Source of the DNA: an uncultured Odoribacter sp.
GTDB taxonomy: Bacteria; Bacteroidota; Bacteroidia; Bacteroidales; Marinifilaceae
Direction: 5' to 3'
Assembly (NCBI GenBank): GCA_934725835.1
Contig: CAKVCR010000001.1
Location: forward strand, 4,276 to 68,275
DNA length: 64,000 nucleotides
Of this stretch, positions 34,544 through 44,787 are shown piece after piece. The notes beneath the pieces were generated by a model, which saw only the letters and a list, made by a program, of their open reading frames with translations, did no database searches and was not told the DNA's origin. A program made the translations under genes and the position numbers. The first letter of the stretch is position 1. The number at the start of each line of letters is the position of its first letter.

Positions 34544-36202
34544 ATGCCAGAACAGAATGAAGTGGCAGCTTCTACTACCAAAAAGCGTGGTAGATCATCT
34601 GCACCTAAACGTAAGGCAAACACGAATAATCGTGCTAACCATAATGTAGAAACAAATGCTTATGCCTATAATACTACATTACCTTATATCTATTCTGTCT
34701 TAGGGGATTTTCTTGATGCCTCCCCATATACGATAAAGGATATTAGAACATTTTCTAAAAATCCCCAGTATTACAACAAACAGTTAAGAGATTTGGCTTG
34801 GTGGGCGTATAACACTAACGGTAGTGTAAGAAGTGCCGTTAATTATATTGGCTCTATGCACACTCTTGATAAGGTAATTGTTTGTAAGAATAGAAAAAAG
34901 CGTCCGAGAAATTTTGAAAGAAATAGACTCAAAATGTTGTCTGTTCTTGACAAAATCAATTATAAGCAACAAATCAGAGACAATCTGATGAAAAACGCAA
35001 ATGATGGAACTGCTTTCTACTATTTTGAAACTGCAAACAGACCTATTAGCAATGAGAAATTCATATCTGATTATCAAATGGCTAATATTGTTGAGATAAA
35101 TGAAATTGGTATGGATGTTTCTATTATTCCTTTGCCTGTTGATTGGTGTAGAATTTGTGGCAGAGTAGGTAATCATTATCGTATGGCTTTTAATTTGAGA
35201 TACTTCGATCAATTCAATGATAGAGAATTAAAGGCACGATTACAAGCTATGCCGAAAGAAATTCGTGATGGATATAATCAAAATAAAGGCAACATCAATA
35301 ATTGGATTATACTTGACGATACAAAAACTATCGTTACAAAAGTAAACGCTGCAATTAACCAGCCCTGGGGTGTCCCGATGGCTGTAACTGCCTTTGATGA
35401 TATTATGTATGCTGAGTATTTTGTCAATACTAAACGTACAGTTTTGGATTCAATCAATAATCAGATTATTTATATGACATTCCCGGAAGGAAAAGAAAAA
35501 GGAACGTCATCTCTTACAAAAGACCAACAGAGAGAACAGCATGAAAAAGTAAAAGAAGCTGTTATCACTCGAAGAAGTCAGTCTGGTATATCTTTCTTCT
35601 CCCTTGCAAGTGGAACTAAGATAGACAAAATGGACGTTGATATAGATATTTTCGATGAGAAAAATGAAGCATCTATTAAGGACGCTGTGCCTGGTGCTTT
35701 AGGTATCAGTTCTGCCAGTCTTGACGGTAATACAAAAGGTAACTATGCAACTGCTTCTCTTAACTTAGAGCTTGTTGCAAGCAATACCTACACATGGGTT
35801 GAGAATTTTATGTTTGAGCTTAATAAATGCATTAACGCCAATATTATCATGGATTCTTCTTGTGTGGTTGATTGCTATATTTTACCTACTACCTTTGCAA
35901 ACAGAGACAAACAAGTAAAATACATGCAGGATTTATATTCTCATGGCAAGGGATCTCTGACAGCTTGGGTAAGTGCAACTGGATTTGATCCAGATGCATA
36001 TATCTCTCTGCTTGACTATGAGTTAGAGTCTGATTTTGAAAACAAATATCCTGTTCATGCTACATCATTTACAATGAGTGGTCGTGATGAAGCAGATAGT
36101 AAAGAAAGTGGTCGTGGAAGAGTAGAACTTGCGACAAACGAAAATACGATACAATCACAATCTTCTGGTTCAAACACCAATCCTAAACCAAGTACAGATT
36201 AG
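34544..36202 (+). CDS. putative portal protein
   Basis: 552-aa ORF directly after terL with AGGAGG RBS. The assignment is by size and position. Confidence 0.6.
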   Translation: MPEQNEVAASTTKKRGRSSAPKRKANTNNRANHNVETNAYAYNTTLPYIYSVLGDFLDASPYTIKDIRTFSKNPQYYNKQLRDLAWWAYNTNGSVRSAVNYIGSMHTLDKVIVCKNRKKRPRNFERNRLKMLSVLDKINYKQQIRDNLMKNANDGTAFYYFETANRPISNEKFISDYQMANIVEINEIGMDVSIIPLPVDWCRICGRVGNHYRMAFNLRYFDQFNDRELKARLQAMPKEIRDGYNQNKGNINNWIILDDTKTIVTKVNAAINQPWGVPMAVTAFDDIMYAEYFVNTKRTVLDSINNQIIYMTFPEGKEKGTSSLTKDQQREQHEKVKEAVITRRSQSGISFFSLASGTKIDKMDVDIDIFDEKNEASIKDAVPGALGISSASLDGNTKGNYATASLNLELVASNTYTWVENFMFELNKCINANIIMDSSCVVDCYILPTTFANRDKQVKYMQDLYSHGKGSLTAWVSATGFDPDAYISLLDYELESDFENKYPVHATSFTMSGRDEADSKESGRGRVELATNENTIQSQSSGSNTNPKPSTD

Positions 36203-36213
36203 GAAGGAAGATT

Positions 36214-36414
36214 ATGTGCATGACAGAAACAAATTCTGTAGTGAAATGCAAATCAGTTTTTAAGCCTGGTGTTGCAAGGCATTTAATCAAAATGGGAAAT
36301 CCTGTTTATGATATCAAGCCGAAGAAAGAAAATCCAGACGCTTCTATTTTCATATTTGTGGAAACGGAAAAATTTGTAAATGATTTCACTACTATTTTAA
36401 GTACATCTGAATAG
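36214..36414 (+). CDS. small hypothetical protein
   Basis: 66-aa ORF with GGAAGG RBS. Confidence 0.6.
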   Translation: MCMTETNSVVKCKSVFKPGVARHLIKMGNPVYDIKPKKENPDASIFIFVETEKFVNDFTTILSTSE

Positions 36415-36497
36415 ATGTTTATTATGTTATTGTTAGAAATGGCACTTTAGGGTGTCTTTTTTATTGCAATAAATTATACAAAAAGGTGGTACATATC

Positions 36498-37721
36498 ATG
36501 GAAATGGAAAAAAAATTTTTAGAAATTTCACAAGCCACCAACCCAAATGGACGCAGACGAGTCAAAATTGTTTTGCATGAAATTTACCCCGATAACACAC
36601 GTTGGAATATCAATGGTATCTCCTATCTTGAACAATACACAAGAGACAATGCAGATACCGTAAAAGGTATGCCATTATGCGCTGAGTTCCTGGATAATGA
36701 TAAAGAAATCCCATATGGTCATGGATTGACTGGTCAGATTAAAAATATGCCGGTATTTGAAGATTCTGTGCAAGTAGGTGTGTTTGAGGACTGGTCGATT
36801 GAAGACATTGAATTGGAAGACGGAATGCATAGATGTTTATGTGGTGTTGGCTACATAAATGAAGCAAGATATCCAAAATTCGTAAAATGGATTGAGGATA
36901 AGATTGCTGATGGCATTACTATTCGTGGAAGTGTTGAATTTGTTGGTACAAAGGAAAATGACGGTGAAATAATTTATGATGGCGGTTGGAAAGAACAAGG
37001 TCGTATCCCTATGATTTATGATTATAGTGGATATTGTATCTTATCCGTAAAACCTTCCGATTCGACTGCCGTATTAGTTGAACTTAACCAGTTCAATCGT
37101 AAAAACTTGGAGGTTATTGAAATGAATGAAGAAATGATGAAAGCACTTTCTGATTTAAAAACTGACATTATTTCAGAATTTCAGGACACTAGAAAAGTTG
37201 AAGTAAATTCACAGGTTGCTAGTCTTGAATCACAGGTTGCAGAACTCAATTCTAAGATTGATGAGCTGAATGCTTCTATCAAAGAAAAGGATGAGGAAAT
37301 TTCTGAACTTAACCAGAAATGTGAAAAATCTGAAAGTGATGCCAAAGCAAAAGAGGACGAGCTTGATGCGAAAAATAAAGAGCTGAATGCTCTTGTTGAG
37401 ACACAGGCTGCAGAACTCAATGAACTGAAGAAAGCAAATAAAATCGCTGAGTTAAATAGTGCCCTTGCAGACTATACAGATGAGCAGAAAGATTTTGCCA
37501 AAGAAGAAATCGAAGCATTCAATGCTGATCCGTTCTCTGTAGAGATCAATTCAATCGTAACAAAGATTGATGCAACTGCATATAAGAAAATTCGTGAGGA
37601 AAATGCAAAGAAATCTCTTGAAATGAACTCAATGAAAGACGAATTTGATGGCATTATGTCAGCAATTGATCCTATCGTCAAAGATGATAATTCTGTTGAC
37701 GATTTTGATTGCTTTGCTTAA
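36498..37721 (+). CDS. putative scaffolding protein (coiled-coil C-terminal half)
   Basis: AAGGTGG RBS before ATG 36498. The C-terminal half has heptad-like ELN/KEL repeats (SQVAELNSKIDELNASIKEKDEEISELNQ...). It lies upstream of the capsid gene. Confidence 0.55.
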   Translation: MEMEKKFLEISQATNPNGRRRVKIVLHEIYPDNTRWNINGISYLEQYTRDNADTVKGMPLCAEFLDNDKEIPYGHGLTGQIKNMPVFEDSVQVGVFEDWSIEDIELEDGMHRCLCGVGYINEARYPKFVKWIEDKIADGITIRGSVEFVGTKENDGEIIYDGGWKEQGRIPMIYDYSGYCILSVKPSDSTAVLVELNQFNRKNLEVIEMNEEMMKALSDLKTDIISEFQDTRKVEVNSQVASLESQVAELNSKIDELNASIKEKDEEISELNQKCEKSESDAKAKEDELDAKNKELNALVETQAAELNELKKANKIAELNSALADYTDEQKDFAKEEIEAFNADPFSVEINSIVTKIDATAYKKIREENAKKSLEMNSMKDEFDGIMSAIDPIVKDDNSVDDFDCFA

Positions 37722-37750
37722 TCAAACAAAAATAATGGAGGAACGTGACC

Positions 37751-38215
37751 ATGTTAAAATTTAGAGAAATTGGTACATACAAAAATGCCGTTAATGTTGG
37801 TTACTGCACAGCAGACGTTGAGCTGCATAACGGTAATATTGTAACTTTCGATAGAGCTACAAAGAAAGCTGCTGTTCCTACTGATGGAAAAGAAACAGGG
37901 CTTGCAATTGTTATGAATACTATCGACAAACCTGAGACTCTTGCACCAAACGATTATGTAATCGAAGTTGGTGAGAATCCACGTTTATTTGTTCTTACTT
38001 CACTGAAAGGAAGAATTATTGACATGGATATGGATCAGGTAGATGGCACATACGCAGATATTGCTGTTGGCGATTTTCTTGTTGCAGAAGCCAGTGGAAA
38101 ACTGAAAGCTGTAAAGAAAGCCACAGGAGTAGCTGACTACAAAGAATATTTTGTAGTAAGTGAGAAAACAAGTTTCAACGGTGAAGGACTTGCTGTTGAG
38201 GTTGTTATTGCCTAA
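37751..38215 (+). CDS. hypothetical head protein (possible decoration protein)
   Basis: GGAGGAAC RBS 9 nt before ATG 37751. It lies between the scaffold-like and capsid genes. Confidence 0.5.
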   Translation: MLKFREIGTYKNAVNVGYCTADVELHNGNIVTFDRATKKAAVPTDGKETGLAIVMNTIDKPETLAPNDYVIEVGENPRLFVLTSLKGRIIDMDMDQVDGTYADIAVGDFLVAEASGKLKAVKKATGVADYKEYFVVSEKTSFNGEGLAVEVVIA

Positions 38216-38250
38216 TTGTAACTTAATACACTAATTGGAGGAACGAAACA

Positions 38251-39363
38251 ATGAGAAATATCGTTGAATTAAATACTTCTTTTGAATTAGCAAATCCAGT
38301 AAAAGATGATGTAACTATCAAGGATCAGGCTAAATTCAAACAGATGATTGAGATCTGTTCTGCTCTGTTCACTGGTACAGATGCCGGTAAATATGGAACA
38401 CAGAAAGATACTGTAGCAAAGAAACTTTCTGCACTTGGAGAAGCTGCAGCTATGGGCGATTTCAAAGCTAGAGCTGAAATCAATACAATCGTTAAGTTCA
38501 TTATCGAGCCTAAGTTGCTTGAGTCAATGAAAGTTTACAGTTTCTTAGGAAATTATCATGAGCTTGCTTTCCATGAGCAGCCAAAAGTTAAAACTTACAA
38601 TTACGAAGGAATTGATGCGCGTCTTCAAGCTGCTAATTCTGATGTAAGTTTTGGTGGAAGAAATTGGGTTGAATACCCAGTATTAACAAGAACTATTTCT
38701 GCTGGTATGGCTATTGATTACCGTGAACTTGCTTCTGGTAACTTTGATGGAACAATCGCAGAGGAAATGGCACAGGTTCAAATTGATATGAACAACAAAG
38801 GTGTCGCATATGTTCTTGGTGTTCTGAAAAAGTCTCTTGCTAACAACACAAAACATGTAAAGAACTACGGTACATATACTGGTGATCTCCCTACAGAGGC
38901 AGACGTTGCTAAGAGAGTTGCATTTACTCGTAAAATGGGTAAAGTTGCTATCTTAGGTGACTACAGCTTAATCCAGGAAATCAGCGGATGGAACGGATAT
39001 AAAACTGTTGGTGATACTAAGATTCCATTCTATAGCCCATCACAGGTAGATGAAATCGCCAAAGCTGGTGTAAACGGATTCTATAAAGGAAGCACACTTG
39101 TAGAACTTGAAAATCCGTTCAACTATACAAAACCGCTTGCTGACAAGTCTGGATTTGAGACTTATTACGCAGACGATGAGCTGTACTTTACTGCTGCTGG
39201 TAATAAATCTCCACTGAATATCTTCAGACGTGGTGGTATCACAACAATGAGCGGTACAGATGTTGAAACTGGTACAATCAAGACACGTTTCGATGTGGAA
39301 CTTGGTGCTGACGTTGTAAAAGGTCGTGAGTTTGAGATTGGTTTACTTGCTAAACAGTCTTAA
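38251..39363 (+). CDS. putative major capsid protein
   Basis: 370-aa ORF with strong GGAGG RBS, followed by a terminator. It sits in the canonical position after the scaffold. Confidence 0.65.
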   Translation: MRNIVELNTSFELANPVKDDVTIKDQAKFKQMIEICSALFTGTDAGKYGTQKDTVAKKLSALGEAAAMGDFKARAEINTIVKFIIEPKLLESMKVYSFLGNYHELAFHEQPKVKTYNYEGIDARLQAANSDVSFGGRNWVEYPVLTRTISAGMAIDYRELASGNFDGTIAEEMAQVQIDMNNKGVAYVLGVLKKSLANNTKHVKNYGTYTGDLPTEADVAKRVAFTRKMGKVAILGDYSLIQEISGWNGYKTVGDTKIPFYSPSQVDEIAKAGVNGFYKGSTLVELENPFNYTKPLADKSGFETYYADDELYFTAAGNKSPLNIFRRGGITTMSGTDVETGTIKTRFDVELGADVVKGREFEIGLLAKQS

Positions 39364-39380
39364 TAATTATAAATAATGTA

Positions 39381-39417
39381 TTAGCATGGAGATTAAATTC
39401 TTCATGCTAATATTTTC
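39381..39417 (+). terminator. rho-independent terminator after capsid gene
   Basis: TTAGCATG-gagattaaattctt-CATGCTAA followed by TATTTT. Confidence 0.65.
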
Positions 39418-39434
39418 AAAGAGGTTAAGCATAT

Positions 39435-40010
39435 ATGGAAGAAAAAGTAATTACAAAAAGCGAAGATGTTGTAACTAAAACTGTAAAAGCAAAGACTTCT
39501 CGCACAAAAGCGAAAACTCGTACAAAAGATGATTTATCTTTCAATGATAGGGTTTCTATTGACAATCTTTGTGCGTGGGTTGTTGGATTCGTTTCAGAAG
39601 AAAATGGTCGTGCTATTCAGATTGATCCAGGTGTAGTAAATTATAAAAAATTAACACTTGCAGAAGTCGATTCACAAGTTAAAGTTGGCAATATCGCATT
39701 TTGTGGAATTGATGGATTTGGATCTCATGCTGCATTTAGAATCAATGATCCGCTTGTAAGGGAATCTGTTTTCGGAGAAGATATTTCGCCAGTACAATTA
39801 ACTGTGGATGCCGTCAATGATTTGTTAGCATCTAAAAATAAGAAAGAATTTTATAATAAACTTTCTTCTTTGGTTGTGACTGATTCTGAAAAGAAAATGA
39901 TTGCAATTATGTGTTCTGACAGTGAACGTTATCCAGATGTTAATATTGCTGATATGCCATCTTATATGATTGCAGAAATTGAGAAAATCAGTGGATTAGA
40001 TCTTGACTAA
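39435..40010 (+). CDS. hypothetical structural protein
   Basis: 191-aa ORF with AGAGG RBS. Confidence 0.65.
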   Translation: MEEKVITKSEDVVTKTVKAKTSRTKAKTRTKDDLSFNDRVSIDNLCAWVVGFVSEENGRAIQIDPGVVNYKKLTLAEVDSQVKVGNIAFCGIDGFGSHAAFRINDPLVRESVFGEDISPVQLTVDAVNDLLASKNKKEFYNKLSSLVVTDSEKKMIAIMCSDSERYPDVNIADMPSYMIAEIEKISGLDLD

Positions 40011-40030
40011 ATTTATTGGAGGTGCATTCA

Positions 40031-40453
40031 ATGACATCATATACAGACGTTGTTTCTGCATTTGAGTCAATCATTAAATGCAAGTACGTTCTTGCAGATG
40101 GATTAGTTCGTCAATGGTTCTTGAATGCATTAGGTGAATATGAATTAAACATAGACACATTGGGTTTTGACAAACAAGACCTAGTTTTTATACCGCCCTC
40201 TTCTACTTCTGACTCTTTTGATGATAGTGGTAATTTAAAAAACTATGTCATTTTGAGTCTTGCGGAAATTATGAAATCATATTATATGCAGCAAGAAGTA
40301 AGGCGTGTAAATCAGTTGAATAATATCATCGGTAAAGATGTCAGTCTTAACGGAACTGGTGATACGAAGAAATACACAAGAGCGGAAGCTGATGCAATAG
40401 ATTCAAAAATTGCAGACCTTTACACAAAGCAAAAATGTCCAGCTTATACATAG
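40031..40453 (+). CDS. hypothetical head-tail joining region protein
   Basis: GGAGGTG RBS before ATG 40031. The track start 40016 is a TTG inside the RBS. Confidence 0.6.
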   Translation: MTSYTDVVSAFESIIKCKYVLADGLVRQWFLNALGEYELNIDTLGFDKQDLVFIPPSSTSDSFDDSGNLKNYVILSLAEIMKSYYMQQEVRRVNQLNNIIGKDVSLNGTGDTKKYTRAEADAIDSKIADLYTKQKCPAYT

Positions 40454-40465
40454 GCGGTGATATTT

Positions 40466-41497
40466 ATGGCTGTGGATTGGTATTTAATGGATCAACCACC
40501 TATTTATAATGGTGGTTTTGAGGGCGAAGAATTTTTCGCTTATGCACAAGATGGTTTTAAGGAAATGCTTGATACCACTATGTTGTGCGATAATGTTGAG
40601 TTTATAAACAGTGATTTTTCTGTTATTACTCCCGGCAAGGCAATTATACAGAGTGTTACGCCAGACACACAATTGAAAGCTGAAGACAGACAAATTTTAG
40701 TGCCGATTGGAACTTTACAAACATACTCTTACATTCGTTTTGAAGATGAAATTTGGATTATTGCTTCTGAACCAAGTAATAACAAATTTTATGAAAAGGC
40801 AGTTCTTAAAGTTTGTCACAATCAGTTACGATGGCAAGATCCAGAAACCAAGAAAATATTTGAATATTGGTATTGGTGTGAAGATGTGACACGGTATAGT
40901 TCTGGTGTCTTCAAAGGAAATATTGTTATCACTTATGATAAGCAGTATAGCCTTTTACTGCCAATGGATAAAAATACAAGAAGGCTTCATGACGGTATGC
41001 GATTTATGTTGGAAATGTCCAACGATGTACCGTTGGTATATAAACTCACAAAATTTAATGGTTTAACAAACAACAATAAAAATGTAAAGTTGTTAAATCT
41101 GTCATTGACTCAAACTGTATACGATGAAAATACAGACAGTGTTGATATGATGCTTGCAGATTACAAACAAAATAATGTTGAGCCTACTGAAAAGTACGGT
41201 TATACTTGCGAACTTACATATAAGGCTGACACTATCAGTTTATCATCGTTTGAAAAATACTCTGCTACATTTTATGACAATGAACATAATGTGGTAGATG
41301 ATATCGAATATCATTGGGGAATTTCTGATAATGATTTCGATGAAAAAGATTTGGTATTAACTACTGGTGACAATTTTGTAAAAGTTACTGTAAAAAACAA
41401 TCGTGATTTGGTTGGAAAGCAATTCCACTTAAATGTTCTTTCATCGGTAGATACAATATTGGCATCTGTTGTTATTACGATTACCGCTTTATGGTAA
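40466..41497 (+). CDS. hypothetical structural protein
   Basis: ORF 40457-41497. The first ATG is at 40466. Confidence 0.6.
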   Translation: MAVDWYLMDQPPIYNGGFEGEEFFAYAQDGFKEMLDTTMLCDNVEFINSDFSVITPGKAIIQSVTPDTQLKAEDRQILVPIGTLQTYSYIRFEDEIWIIASEPSNNKFYEKAVLKVCHNQLRWQDPETKKIFEYWYWCEDVTRYSSGVFKGNIVITYDKQYSLLLPMDKNTRRLHDGMRFMLEMSNDVPLVYKLTKFNGLTNNNKNVKLLNLSLTQTVYDENTDSVDMMLADYKQNNVEPTEKYGYTCELTYKADTISLSSFEKYSATFYDNEHNVVDDIEYHWGISDNDFDEKDLVLTTGDNFVKVTVKNNRDLVGKQFHLNVLSSVDTILASVVITITALW

Positions 41498-41509
41498 ATG
41501 AGGTTTATT

Positions 41510-41995
41510 ATGGAAGATTTTGACATTAACTCTTTTAAATCTGCGGTAATAAATACAATTGTCGAAAATAACGAGATTATTTTTTATCTCGATAAGGAAT
41601 ATATAGATGCCGGTGGTGGTCTGCTTTATAAGAAAATTTTTCCTTATTTGCAGAATCCAAAGACCATTGAGAAAACCTCTCCGTTTATCTGTTTCAAGGT
41701 TAATCATGTGAGAAACCAACAATATTTTTTGGAAGAGATAAATGTGGTCATATATATTGTCTGCCATGAAAAGGCAATGGCACAAAGAGTACAGAGCTAT
41801 AAAACAAAGGAATATCTATCGGGTACAGTTATTGATATTTTGGGTGAAGAATTGAAAAAAACTTTATCTGGAATGGAAACAAATTGGATTGGTGAATTGA
41901 CATGTGTAAGCAATACTGAGGAAGTATTGTACTATGAATACCCATGCAGAATACTTACGTTTACTGCAAAGAAGGAATCATATGGACATCAGTAA
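41510..41995 (+). CDS. hypothetical structural protein
   Basis: GAGG RBS before ATG 41510. Confidence 0.6.
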   Translation: MEDFDINSFKSAVINTIVENNEIIFYLDKEYIDAGGGLLYKKIFPYLQNPKTIEKTSPFICFKVNHVRNQQYFLEEINVVIYIVCHEKAMAQRVQSYKTKEYLSGTVIDILGEELKKTLSGMETNWIGELTCVSNTEEVLYYEYPCRILTFTAKKESYGHQ

Positions 41996-42749
41996 CGAAT
42001 CTTTATATCAGTACCTTATATATAGCTCGCCAATTTATTATACCGAAGATTTAGTTTTATACCCTGTAAAAATGGGTAATGTGCTTGATTTCAATTTATA
42101 TAAGTCAAGTATTATTGTTCGTAAAAACAGTATATTTCCAGTAAAGAAAATTATCAAGATGCCATATCTTGATTTTTTATTTTACTGTCATAACAACGTA
42201 GAATTAGCAAAAGAATTTAACATGCCATTTCTCCCTTACTACTATTCTTTTGCACTCCGGCTTTTACAGCTTGTATTTAAGGATCAAGAGGTATTGGCTA
42301 GTTCTACACAAGGGGGATTTAGAATAAATGGCAATGTTATAACCGCCGATCAGTTCGATGATATTCGGAGAATTATTATCCTACAAAATGGTATTGATTT
42401 TGACATTGATGAATTCATTCATTACGACACTGAGCAGGAATTAAAAAAAGCTCAGGATGCTATATCTGGCAAAGATAAAGCCTCTTTGGAAGACTATATT
42501 GATTCTGTTTGTGTTGGAATGGACTTAACCGAAGAAAAAGTTAAGGGGCTAACTATTCGTAAGTTCTGGCGATATGTTAAACGAATAAATAAGCGTGATA
42601 TTTTCAATGTTATGAAATCTGCTGAAAGTACGGGATTTGTAAAATTCAAAGAACCCGTCCAGTATTGGATGACTGAACTTGATGAGAGCGATAAGTTCAA
42701 AGATGTGAAAACAGATGCCATGTCATTAAAGAAAATGATTAGTGGCTGA
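41982..42749 (+). CDS. hypothetical structural protein
   Basis: GAAGG RBS before ATG 41982. It overlaps the upstream gene by 14 nt. Confidence 0.6.
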   Translation: MDISNESLYQYLIYSSPIYYTEDLVLYPVKMGNVLDFNLYKSSIIVRKNSIFPVKKIIKMPYLDFLFYCHNNVELAKEFNMPFLPYYYSFALRLLQLVFKDQEVLASSTQGGFRINGNVITADQFDDIRRIIILQNGIDFDIDEFIHYDTEQELKKAQDAISGKDKASLEDYIDSVCVGMDLTEEKVKGLTIRKFWRYVKRINKRDIFNVMKSAESTGFVKFKEPVQYWMTELDESDKFKDVKTDAMSLKKMISG

Positions 42750-42776
42750 TGATTTATAAATCAGGAGGAATTTGCA

Positions 42777-43802
42777 ATGAATACAAAGGGAAAAGAATTC
42801 GTTGTTTCAGTTGCCGACTTTGCATTTTACATCAATGGTGTATTAGCTTGTACAGGAGTAACTAACCTTAGTTCTTCTATTTCTGTATCTATGCAGGAAC
42901 AGGCTGTAAATGCTGGTAAAGGTAATAAGAAAGTATTCTCATACAAATATGGTAGAGAGCTTACAGCAGAACTTGAAGCTGCTGACTGGAAACTTGAGTA
43001 CATTGCTTTACAGGCTGGTTCTCAGATTTCTAAAGGACTCAAAGATTCATACAGTCTTAATGAGTGCGTAACACTTGTAGCTGGAAAAGGTACAATTGAC
43101 CATACACCTCTGACTGGTGCAAAAGTTGGTGTAGAACTTCCAAACGGTACATTCGTAGAAGTTACTGCCGATGGTACTTCAATTGACTTGACATCATATG
43201 GTCTTACAACTGAAAAAGTAAAATGTACATATCAGTACAATGCTGTTTCAAAACGTATTACTATTGATGCAGAATCAACACCTTACATTGGAAAACTTGT
43301 TCTTCAGGCAGACAAGCATAACAGTAAGAAAGGTAAAGTTGGTGTCGTTGAAATCGTAATTCCGTCTTACTCACTTGACGGTAACTTTGATATCTCATTC
43401 ACACCTGATGGTGTAGTAAGTACAAAGTTATCTGGTAGTGCCCTTGCTGTTGAAGGTGATGCTTGCGAAGATGGTAGTGCTGTATATGCATACATCTCTG
43501 AAATTGATGATGACAATACAGATATGGCTGTTTCTGAAATCGCTATCTCTGCACCGGCTACAACAATTAAGACTGGTGCAAGCATGAATCTGTCAGTTCT
43601 TGGTATTATCGGAGTTATGTATAAACCTACAGAACTTGATCCAAAGGATTGTACATTCTCAATCGTAGATGCCGGAAACACTGCATTGACTGTAGGTGCA
43701 AAAACTGGTGTTGTGAGTGGTGCAACTGCATCTGGTACAGCAACAGTCAAAGCCGTTTACAATGGACTCGAAGATACAATTGAGATCACTGTAACAAAAT
43801 AA
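42777..43802 (+). CDS. putative major tail protein with C-terminal Ig-like (Big_2-type) domain
   Basis: 341-aa ORF with AGGAGG RBS. The C-terminal ~85 aa (ISAPATTIKTGASMNLSV...TATVKAVYNGLEDTIEITVTK) look like a bacterial Ig-like group 2 domain. A terminator follows. Confidence 0.6.
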   Translation: MNTKGKEFVVSVADFAFYINGVLACTGVTNLSSSISVSMQEQAVNAGKGNKKVFSYKYGRELTAELEAADWKLEYIALQAGSQISKGLKDSYSLNECVTLVAGKGTIDHTPLTGAKVGVELPNGTFVEVTADGTSIDLTSYGLTTEKVKCTYQYNAVSKRITIDAESTPYIGKLVLQADKHNSKKGKVGVVEIVIPSYSLDGNFDISFTPDGVVSTKLSGSALAVEGDACEDGSAVYAYISEIDDDNTDMAVSEIAISAPATTIKTGASMNLSVLGIIGVMYKPTELDPKDCTFSIVDAGNTALTVGAKTGVVSGATASGTATVKAVYNGLEDTIEITVTK

Positions 43803-43815
43803 TTTCAGTAACTAT

Positions 43816-43850
43816 ATGTAGGTGGGTTTATACCTGCCTACATTTTTATT
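43816..43850 (+). terminator. rho-independent terminator
   Basis: ATGTAGG ... CCTACAT stem followed by TTTTTATT. Confidence 0.7.
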
Positions 43851-43870
43851 AGGAAGAAGGAGCTGAGATT

Positions 43871-44140
43871 ATGACAGATGTAAAAGAAAATACAACTGAG
43901 ATTGTTCAAGATAAAGGAAAAAATAAAGTTGAAACAAAATCAAGTACACCGAAACGAAAGACATCTCTTACCAAAGAGTGTGATGTATTAGTATACAATG
44001 AGCGTACTAATACCGCTATCATTTCTTTTGATAGTTTCGGGTATGAATTAACTGGTATATCAAAAAATCCTGGTAATAAAATTTCTGTTAAATATTCAGG
44101 AGATATTCATTCTCCGAATTTTAAAGTTGAGAAGAAATAA
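43871..44140 (+). CDS. hypothetical protein
   Basis: 89-aa ORF with AAGGAG RBS. Confidence 0.65.
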   Translation: MTDVKENTTEIVQDKGKNKVETKSSTPKRKTSLTKECDVLVYNERTNTAIISFDSFGYELTGISKNPGNKISVKYSGDIHSPNFKVEKK

Positions 44141-44322
44141 TGTGTAAATATGCATACATTCAGCTTAATGAAAAAACTAAGCAGAATATGATTTATTGTT
44201 CTGGTGGTGTGAAGATAAACTCAGAAGGTTTATGTATCTGCCAAAGATATTGTAAAGACAAATCTTGTTATATCCCACATAATCAAGATAAAATGCATTG
44301 TAAATATTACGAGGATTGTTAG
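44140..44322 (+). CDS. small Cys-rich protein
   Basis: 60 aa with 8 Cys. TAATG coupling to the upstream gene. Confidence 0.5.
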   Translation: MCKYAYIQLNEKTKQNMIYCSGGVKINSEGLCICQRYCKDKSCYIPHNQDKMHCKYYEDC

Positions 44323-44487
44323 CAAGTGTGGTGTTTTTATTAAGCACTGCACTTGTGTATGATACCTATTAAAGAGGTTAAAAACTGTTTTGGCTTTTTT
44401 AATGGGTATCATTTTTTATCGCAAATTATACAAATGTTTATCCACCATAATTATTAAAAAGTTCGTTTACAAAAGGAGATATAAATT

Positions 44488-44784
44488 ATGACTATTAAAG
44501 AAGTAGCAAAAATGTTCAATGTGAATACAGAGAAAAGTAGAGCAATGAAAAATAAACGTAAGGCTAAAGAAATCATGGGAAAAATTCTGATGTGCCCGAA
44601 ATGTAAACAGCCGATGAACTGGGTAGAGGGTACAAATATTTGTGCATGTCCTACATGTACATATACTATCGGCAAGAAAGAAAACAAAGAAACTTATAGT
44701 GTTTCTAAAACTCTTTCCGATAAGAGCCGTAAATTCCTGGAAAACAACTATTCACAGTTTGCTAAAGAAAGTACAGAGGTGTAA
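44488..44784 (+). CDS. zinc-ribbon protein
   Basis: CPKCKQ...CACPTC. AAGGAG RBS. Confidence 0.65.
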   Translation: MTIKEVAKMFNVNTEKSRAMKNKRKAKEIMGKILMCPKCKQPMNWVEGTNICACPTCTYTIGKKENKETYSVSKTLSDKSRKFLENNYSQFAKESTEV

Positions 44785-44787
44785 TTT

